Source: Eledone cirrhosa (lineage: Eukaryota). From it: a DNA stretch of 64,000 nt. The stretch lies in the NCBI GenBank assembly GCA_964016885.1, contig OZ024740.1, forward strand, positions 234,732,001 to 234,796,000, read 5' to 3'. Made by a program: the position numbers and the translations under genes. The notes under the pieces are model-generated. The model did no database searches. It was not told where the DNA came from and was given only the letters and a program-made list of their open reading frames with translations. How positions within the stretch are numbered: the first letter of the stretch is position 1; each line of letters starts with the position of its first letter. Shown here piece after piece: positions 55,132-64,000 of the stretch.

Positions 55132-56414
55132 GTAAGTGATCCCATTTTTTATTACACAATTCCTTCTTCTATGACAATCTTTTTTAAATCATCATTGACC
55201 AGCCATTAAGGGAGATCACTCTAAGTGGTCTTTCAACCTGCTAGAAATAGTAGACAAATCTCCCTCATATAATACCATATTGACGTATTGGATAATCTAG
55301 TTCTAGATACACTATGCATGAAAAAGAAATGATAGGCTGAGCATGACGGAAATACTTCTGTTCAGTCATAGCAGACCTGGAGTTAAACAACAACAATAAA
55401 CCAATGAGGAGTCTTCAACCACTCATCTCATAATGTATTAGAAATTTAAAAAAACAAACATATAGCCTAAAATATATATGGGGTAGCTATGGCTGGTATG
55501 TTGTTTGAAATGTCAGTCTGCTCCAGCAAGACTGACCACAACAATAACAGACACAAGAATAATAACAGGCATGTGGTTTAATGGTTAGAGCATTGGGCTC
55601 ACTATCGTGAGGTTGTGAGTTCAATTCCTGAACTGGGTGGTGCATTGTGTTCTTGAGAAAAACACTTTATTTCATGTTGTTCCAGTTCACTCAGCTGGAA
55701 AAAAAAAGCTGTGACATCACTGGTGCCAAGCTGTATTGCCCTTTGCCTTTCCCTTCTTGGTGTGAAGAAAGGAGACCGGTATGCATTCACCTTGCCCAGG
55801 CTTGTACCTTGGAGGGGAGCATTCTTCAAGGCACAAAATCCTAGGTCATTCTTAACTGAAGGGGATCTTTATGGTTAACAATGATTCAGCAAATCTACCT
55901 CTGGTAAACAGGATTTTAATATACCAGACTGTACACATATCATATTGTGACTCATGGAAATATACCATTTTGATGTGAGATGTTAGATTTTGAAACACTG
56001 GGCCTGATATACAATATGATAAAGGACTGTGACAAGTGTTGATATGATGTGCAACAAACCTGTTCAACCCACATTAAAACAGTGACAATGGTGGTGTAAT
56101 AGTAATAATAGTAGTAGTATTAGTAGTAGTAATGATGGTAGGAGCAGTAAGTGATCTGATGGTGGTAGTAATAATAGCATTGATAAAATTAGTAGTGGCA
56201 ATATCAGCAGTAAATGTAGTAATAGTAGTGATTTTGCTGTGTATAATGGCAGTAACAATAGTAGCATCATCATCATCATCATCATCATCACCAACACCAC
56301 CATCATCATCGTTATTATCATCATCACCATCATCTTTCCCACCCACCCCTGGCATCAGCAGTAATAGTCTTGTCACTCACTCATTCGTTTTTGTTTTTTT
56401 GTTTTATGTTTCAG

Positions 56415-56522
56415 GCCATAGAATTTACATTCCATCGTAGGACAATGTTGGTTTCAGAATCAATCAACCAGATAATCCAACATCTCAGTTACCTGGCACT
56501 GTCTGCTATAAACACAGCCCGT
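56415..56522 (+). CDS. WASHC4: WASHC4 coding exon 14
   Basis: ttcag/AIEFTFHRRTMLVSESINQIIQHLSYLALSAINTAR/gtaagt. Confidence 0.96.
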
Positions 56523-57273
56523 GTAAGTCAACAGTTATCTTTTAGAAAACAATTTCCATATATACTCAAATATAAGCCGAGACTATGTAACAAAGACAAT
56601 CAGTGGTAATATTGAGGGGGGGGTGGTTATGTTCAAGGTCAATATTTTGACGATTTTCACCAACTTCAAAATTCTACATAAATGTGGTGTTAAAATATTT
56701 TTGCTTTAGAGGTTTTGCTGTAAAAACCTCTATGCAGTCCGCAGGTGTGCTTGTAAAGGGCCGCATGTGTAACATCCCTGTTCTAAATGACATCTAAAAC
56801 ATTTTAAATACCAAAATATCAAAGCTTCATGAAAATTTCAAAACCGAACCATCTAAACATAATATTTTAATAACCTGCCTCAGCTTATAAACAGAGTTTG
56901 GATTCTTGCTTATTTCCCAGGCATAAAATTGGGAGTTGGCTTATATTTGAGTATATATGGTACTACTCTATCTAACATAAATCCACAATGCATTTCTAAC
57001 AGTAATCATTGACATATAAATATATTTAAAAGTTTGTAATGATCTATTTCACGGAGAGAATGTGAATCTATTTCAGGTAACATTCCCACATGATCTGGTA
57101 TCTATTTCAAATAGATAATTGATCTGGTATAATATGAGTATATGATTCACTCAACTAGAATTTGAATATTGATCACTGGAAAGCCAGTTGTTTGATAATT
57201 CAATGTTTTGGTCATTCTACACCTTTTCTTAATTATCTAACTCATCCGAGCTTCTATGGTCATTTTATTACAG

Positions 57274-57364
57274 AAAAGAATCACCCAAGACAAGAAATAC
57301 AGTGAACGGAGACTCGATGTGCTGTCAGCTTTGGTTCTAGCTGAAAATGCCCTGAATGGACCGG
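57274..57364 (+). CDS. WASHC4: WASHC4 coding exon 15
   Basis: tacag/[30 protein letters not shown](G)/gtaaac. Confidence 0.96.
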
Positions 57365-57476
57365 GTAAACACCACAAGCTATTAGTTTTCTATGTTTTTG
57401 TTTTTATTGATTGACATACATAATTATATGAGCAATTTGTTGTTTATCCATAGCTCAACCCTGTATGAACAGACCT

Positions 57477-57765
57477 ATAATAATAATAATGAAATTATTG
57501 TGTACAGTGCTCAAGTGCACTACAACTCATCAAAGGTGCATGTATAGTACATAGAATAATGTACAAATGTCAGGAAAGTGAACAGTATATGAGTCATGAC
57601 ATACATGTGTGCGTGTGTATGGAGTGGGGATATCAGGTGTAGTGTTGGTGAATTTCAGGAAGCATGGAGGTTTTAAAAGATGCAGTGTCTCAGCTGCTAA
57701 CAAATGATGCAGGTAGTTTGTTCCATGTTTCAGCAACTCTGAGCGAGAAAAAATGTTTCTGAAAG
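57477..57765 (-). mobile_element. CR1 LINE 3' fragment
   Basis: Reverse complement of the 3' end of the 1-842 family, with a (TAA)n run on +. Confidence 0.85.
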
Positions 57766-58692
57766 AATGAAGGCTTTCCATCTGACCATTCTGCCTTTTT
57801 TTTTAGTCTTTTCTAGACTACACTATCTAATGTGTGTTTCCATTTTTAAGACAGTCAAGTGTAATTTCAATGAAATTTCACTGTTATTTATAGTTGGTTT
57901 CATATATGCATGGATTTGTATATTTGATGAAACAAATGTGTTTACATGATGACCTTTCTGCAACTGACCACTCACTTGGGAAGTAGAGAGTGACCTCTCC
58001 ATTCCATTCGCTTGATTAGAACAAACTTGAAGCAACAGAGTTATGTGTCATGCTCAAAGGCATAACCACAATAATTGTACTAAGATTTGAACTATTATCT
58101 ATCTGGTTAGTAATTCAACACTCACCTCACAGCTTGTAATACCTCTTTTCATAAATTTTTATTCAGAAAAGAGTGATTTATATTAGTCATGGCTGTCTCT
58201 GTCTTCATAGCTCATACTTCCAAACAACTTTGCATCCACTCCTTGATAGCACCCAATCAAGTGTTCACTTTCTATAGTAACATCCACTCAAATAGAGATC
58301 CCAATTTTACTAAGAAACATCTCTGGGGAATAAGAAATGTAAATTCATGTACATTACCAGGCCTGCCCTAATTGTCACTCTTATCCAACCACATAAATCC
58401 ATAAAAACTCTACCTACCCAGACTCTGATCAGAAATGATCAGGCCTATCTAGGGCTCACCCACAGACATGTCCACACTCCATGCTGATGATGAAGCTGGC
58501 CCTGCACTCATGTGATGTCACAGCCCCTCATAACCCCACAGTATCATTCACAGCCTTATGTAAGAAGCCCATTAGTGTCCTTAGATTGATAGTTTAGTGT
58601 CCTCAACATCAATAGGTGAGACCCCAACACTGATTTCATCAAATACTGTGAACTTCTGAAAAACATTATTTCCATTTTCACTCTTTTCTCAG

Positions 58693-58748
58693 GCACCAAA
58701 GAACGCATCCTGGTAGCCACCCTAGCATTATCTGTGGGTACCAAGATG
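58693..58748 (+). CDS. WASHC4: WASHC4 coding exon 16
   Basis: ctcag/TKERILVATLALSVGTKM/gtaagt. Confidence 0.94.
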
Positions 58749-59177
58749 GTAAGTTCCCTCAATTATATTAGAGGATTTTTTTAAATAATGTATGATATGG
58801 ATAGAAAATTGTAAAAGTTATATTTTTTATAACACTTTATGATACATTATCTATTCGCCGAGGTTGACTTTGCCTTTCATCCTTACGGGGTTGATAAAAT
58901 AAAGTGCCAGTAATGCACTGGGTAATTGCTGTCCTTGTGCCTAAAGTAGAAACAATTATCTATTGGCAGTATCGGTAGAGGGTCGGACGCCATGCTTTCC
59001 AGCATAGTTACGTCCCCTTTATGATCTGAGTTCAAATCCCGCCGAGGTTGACTTTGCCTTTCATCCTTACGGGGTCGATAAAATAAAGTGCCAGTAATGC
59101 ACTGGGTAATTGCTGGCCTTGTGCCTAAAAGTAGAAACAATTATCTAAAGTACAACATAACATTAACTATGCTACAT

Positions 59178-59306
<129 letters not shown>

Positions 59307-59341
59307 CTATGAATATTAAACATTAATGTTTTACCTTGCAG

Positions 59342-59421
59342 AGAGCATTTAGAGACGATGAAATCACAAGCCTCACTGAACTTCTGAAGAAGTTAGAGAT
59401 TATTACCAGACTTTGGGAGAG
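59342..59421 (+). CDS. WASHC4: WASHC4 coding exon 17
   Basis: tgcag/RAFRDDEITSLTELLKKLEIITRLWE(S)/gtaagg. Confidence 0.94.
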
Positions 59422-59433
59422 GTAAGGTGGGCA

Positions 59434-59480
<47 letters not shown>

Positions 59481-59558
59481 TATTAATAATGAGTTCAAAA
59501 CTCAGGCAGTCCTTTACAATGAAATAGCTCAAAGAAAGAAGTATCTCTGAGCCGTGTA

Positions 59559-59975
59559 ATACAAGTTAATATAAATTAATATATTTGATAAACACAAATA
59601 CCAACATATCTGTGTTTGTATTGTAAATGACTAAGTTAGCTAGATTGAAAAATACTAATTATAATAATACAGTTTGCCTGTCTCGATTTAAAATAATAAA
59701 TCAATAAAAACAAAGCATATTGGCAAATGGCCGTGGTGCTTGGACAAATTTAAATTTTAAAATCAAACCTGCTTTGAAATTTAAATTTGTCCAAGCACCA
59801 TGGCCATTTGCCAATATGCTTTGTTTTTATTGATTTATTATTTTAAATCGAGACAGGCAAACTGTATTATTATAATTAGTATTTTTCAATCTAGCTAACT
59901 TAGTCATTTACAATACAAACACAGATATGTTGCTATTTGTGTTTATCAAATATATTAATTTATATTAACTTGTAT
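59559..59975. repeat. 417-bp near-perfect fold-back with a short loop
   Basis: Arms of about 200 bp, loop at about 59758-59776, right end abutting (TA)n. Confidence 0.92.
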
Positions 59976-60434
59976 ATATATATATGTGTATGTTAGATTA
60001 TATTGGAATTTACCAATATATATCCTGGTAAAGATTATATAAGCTCAATGCTAATCAGTATCTTTGGTCCAGCTGGGTTACTGCTGGACCAAGAATACTG
60101 GTTAACATTGAGCTTACCTAATGCTCAATATATATTGAGGTATGGCCAGCTGTTATACATTGAAATGTGGATAGAGTAAAATTATGTTATAAGTCTAAAT
60201 TGCTTATTCACTCTTAATTTATTATCTATACATATATATATATATATCTAAAGTCTAAAGTCTGTCTTAAGCCAGAAGGCTCATTTGACCAGTGCTTATC
60301 CCGGTTTCATGGCGTGAAGCGACTGAGAGTACAAGACTCCCCCCTGGACAGGACGCCAGTCCATCGCAGGGTTAAATCCCAGCTATTGCTGTTACTTATT
60401 TTCAGCTGACGCAACCCAGGAATCGAACCCACGA

Positions 60435-60491
<57 letters not shown>

Positions 60492-60760
60492 ACATGTGCT
60501 AAGCACCCAAAGTGTACAATATAACTTTATTATATACTTCAACTGCTTAGTGAACTTCTTAATATATATCTTAATTAACTAGCAAGATGAGCACTAATTA
60601 TATACAAAATTAGTACGTCTATTTCAAAATACTACTATAAGCGAATGGGTATATAATCCCATCAAATACGTCTTTCTTTGTGGTTGTTTAGATGACATAC
60701 ATACCTGATAAAAACCCAACTAGGTTAGATTTACAGTGTATATATATGTATATAACTTAC

Positions 60761-61083
60761 GTTGTTGCTCTAGAACACTAGCTTCTATGGAGCGCTTACC
60801 TCACTCTCGGAAGGTGTCTTTTGCTAATTTCCAATAGCCGAAATACGATCCTCGCTAATTTATATTTATATATATATTATATTTTATTATTTGTTTGACC
60901 CGAATAGCTTGGTCGTTTCTATGGCTTTGCGGATAATGGTTTAACCATCGTCTCAGTGTGTTTGGCCTTTTAACGCATGTTGTTGCTCTAGTTCACTAGT
61001 TTCTATGGAGCGCTTGCCACACATCTCGGAAGTTGTTTTTCGCTAATTTCCAATAGCCAAAATGCGATTCTCGCTAATTTATA
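60761..61083. repeat. About 105-bp diverged direct repeat pair (60761-60865 and 60978-61083) between TA runs
   Basis: gttgttgctctag..ttctatggagcgctt..gctaatttccaatagcc..ctcgctaatttatat occurs twice. Confidence 0.8.
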
Positions 61084-61573
61084 TATATATATAAAAAGTA
61101 CCCAGCACTCACTGTAAATGAGGTTGGTGTTAGGAAGGGCATCCAGCTGTAGAAACCAAGCCAAATCAGTTCCTGTATGAGCAAGGCATGGTCAGCCGAC
61201 CAGGACAACCCGTCTAACCCATGCTAGCATGGAAGAACGGACGTAAAACGGTGATGATGATGATATATATATATATATATATATGGTTTCTATTGCTTGA
61301 TACCCTTCCCATCACCAACCATCTTATAGAGTGACCTGGTTTATTTTGTATAGCACCAGTACTTGAGAGGTTGTGTGTAATGACTCAAGAGTCTTCTAAA
61401 CCCTTTTTGGCATAGTTTCTATGGCTGGATACCCTACCTAACACCACCACTTTATAGAGTGCACTGGTGCTGGTTTCACAGTAGGATGCCCTCTGTAGAT
61501 ATGCCTTTCGCTCTTTCTCTCTCCCCACTAGTCTCAACTGTATTACTAACTTACTGTCTTTTCTTTCCTGCAG

Positions 61574-61679
61574 TCTCAGATGTGCCACAGACTGTAGCTT
61601 CATGTACTGGCACCGTCATATCTTCCCTATATACCTCAGTGACATGTTGGACAGTCCATCTGATGCCCATGGACTACAT
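61574..61679 (+). CDS. WASHC4: WASHC4 coding exon 18 (gene continues beyond the window)
   Basis: tgcag/LRCATDCSFMYWHRHIFPIYLSDMLDSPSDAHGLH/gtaagt, compare vertebrate CDCCFLYWHRAVFPIYL. Confidence 0.95.
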
Positions 61680-62170
61680 GTAAGTCTACTTCTCTATACC
61701 TAAGCATTGACACTCACACACTTGCACACAAATAAATTTATCATTATGCATAAGCAGTGACATACATAGGTACACAGATTTATATATACATATAGACGTT
61801 AACATGTGCATCACACAGTCCAGATACAGACACATACACATATTGAAAATGTATGTTCTATTTGATCATTTGAGACAGACAGATGAAGAGGAAATGTGCC
61901 TTGTTCTTATATTATTGTTACTTATTAGGGTGGTGGATTGGCAGTGTCAGTAGAGGGTCAGACACCATGCTTTGCAGCATAGAGTTGTGGCCCTTTACCT
62001 TCTGAGTTCAAACCCCGCCGAGGTTAACTTTGCCTTTCATCCTTACGGGGTCGATAAATAAAGCACCAGTAATGCACTGGGGTAATTGCTGGCCAAGTGC
62101 CAAAAGTAGAAATAGTTATTGCTCATGTGGAACTGAAAGTGTCAGATAAAAAGTGTTATCTCTCTCTCTC

Positions 62171-62276
<106 letters not shown>

Positions 62277-63530
62277 TGCATCAGAGATGAGCTTGCATAT
62301 TGAAGCATATCTGAGGATCTTTCGATTCCAGAATCAGGTTTGATCAATAATAGATCGTCCCTCGAGCTGATCGACAGTGTAACATATGTAATATGCTATT
62401 AAATGTTATGATGTAACACTGATTCTTTGTTTCTTTATTCTAATATTAGTATTTATTCTAATTTAGTATTAGAATAAAGGAACAAAGAATCAGTGTTACA
62501 TCATCATCATCATCATCATCAACGTTTAACGTCCGTGTTCCACGCTTGCATGGGTTTGGACGGGGGTAGTCCCACTTGAGGCAAGAGTGATTGTCTTGCT
62601 CGCATAGGACTGTCTGGCAGGTTTTCTACAGTTGGATGCCCTTCCTAACACCAACCACATTTACAGTGTGGGTCTGGGAGGTTTTTACCGTGTTGCCTAC
62701 ACGGCCACATTACAGCGTGGACTGTGTGTTTTTTTGTCGTGACACCTACACGTTACATATATATATATATCACCTTGACCGACCAGTCTGTTGGGCACCA
62801 TTCGGCGCTGCTGGTCACAACACGTGCTGTTTTAGTCATACGATGACGCCATCCCACTGGCTGGGCGGGCAGGCCGTAAGTCTAAAGTCTGTCTTAAGCC
62901 AGAAGCCTCATTTGGCCGGTGCTTATCCCGGTTTCATTGCATGAAGCGACTAAGAGTACAAGACTCCCTCCTGGACAGGACGCCAGTCCATCGCAGGGTT
63001 AAACATCCAGCTATTGCTGGTACTCGTTTTCAGGTGAGTAAACTGGAGCAACGTGAAATAAAGTGTCTTGCTCGAGGAAACAACACATCACCCGGTCCGA
63101 GAATTGAACTCACAACCTTTCGATTGTAAGCCTACTGCTCTAACCACTAAGCCATACGCCTTTATATATATACACACACACACACACACATATATATTTG
63201 CTTCCTATGAGAATTGTAGATTGATATGTATTTATTGCCGACTCCAGGTTGAATTTTCTTTCTAATTTGAAATTACACCTTTCATTATTCATCTATATGA
63301 AACATTATGTAAAGAATAAACAATGTTGTTAAGTGTGCTTTGATTCTCCTTCACAAGTTTCTGTTTATATATATAGGAAAAGAGTCAAGACCCCCAACGG
63401 CTGGAGCTCAGCCGTCGGGGTCTTGACTCTTTTCCTATTACCCACTCTACTACCCTAAGTATCATGTACTCTGGTTTATTATGGTCCACACCTTCTTTGT
63501 TATATATATATATATATATATATACATACA

Positions 63531-63575
<45 letters not shown>

Positions 63576-64000
63576 TTTACGTATCGAGAAAGAGAAAAAA
63601 AGGGGGGATAGGTGATACATATAGTTATTTGCCAAGTAGCGTATGCCAAAGGTGCTCGATACTAGTGCCGGCAGTATTAAATATTCGAAGTGTTAATATT
63701 TAGTGGGCTAGAGAGTTAGCAGAGCGTAAGCACGTGGGAAAGTAAAAAATCGGAGAATAGACCGTTAAAACATGTTTATTTAAAATATCACGTACGTACG
63801 TTTCGCCCAGTTGGGCTTCTCAAGGGCATAAATAATCACAAGTGTTCCTTATATTGCTCGGAAAGAGTTTTTGGGGTTAAATCCACATCAAGGTTCATTG
63901 CTCGCAAAAATATCTTGTTTTGATTTTGCAGCAGGTCAAGGGAGGTAACTCTGGCCGGTGTTAGAGCAGTCTTTCCCGGACAATTTTTTTTTTTTTTTTT

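Overview
Animal genomic DNA, AT-rich and dense in microsatellites and transposons. The repeat landscape looks like a coleoid cephalopod (octopus), which is an inference only. The window holds one host gene, WASHC4/SWIP (KIAA1033), on the + strand. I read 18 coding exons (10480-61679, 1875 nt, 625 codons, all GT-AG, phases consistent), and the gene continues past the right edge. The rest is transposon-derived: CR1 and RTE LINEs (one apparently full-length RTE with a twister ribozyme at its 5' end), three tRNA-SINE types, hAT, piggyBac and mariner/pogo MITEs, Penelope-like pLTR fold-backs with hammerhead ribozymes, minisatellites and two LTR elements. Four observations stand out. (1) Both LTR elements, which share no evident sequence, end in an inverted copy of their own U3 start, so both termini are the same TGT..ACA end, with 4-bp TSDs. 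(2) A 35-bp minisatellite amplified the WASHC4 exon 7 splice donor into 35 copies (17 GT, 18 GG). (3) Hammerhead-bearing palindromes lie in introns, one embedded in a 1.9-kb inverted duplication. (4) The RTE starts at the twister cleavage site. Coordinates were read by hand; exon ends are exact and most repeat ends are approximate.
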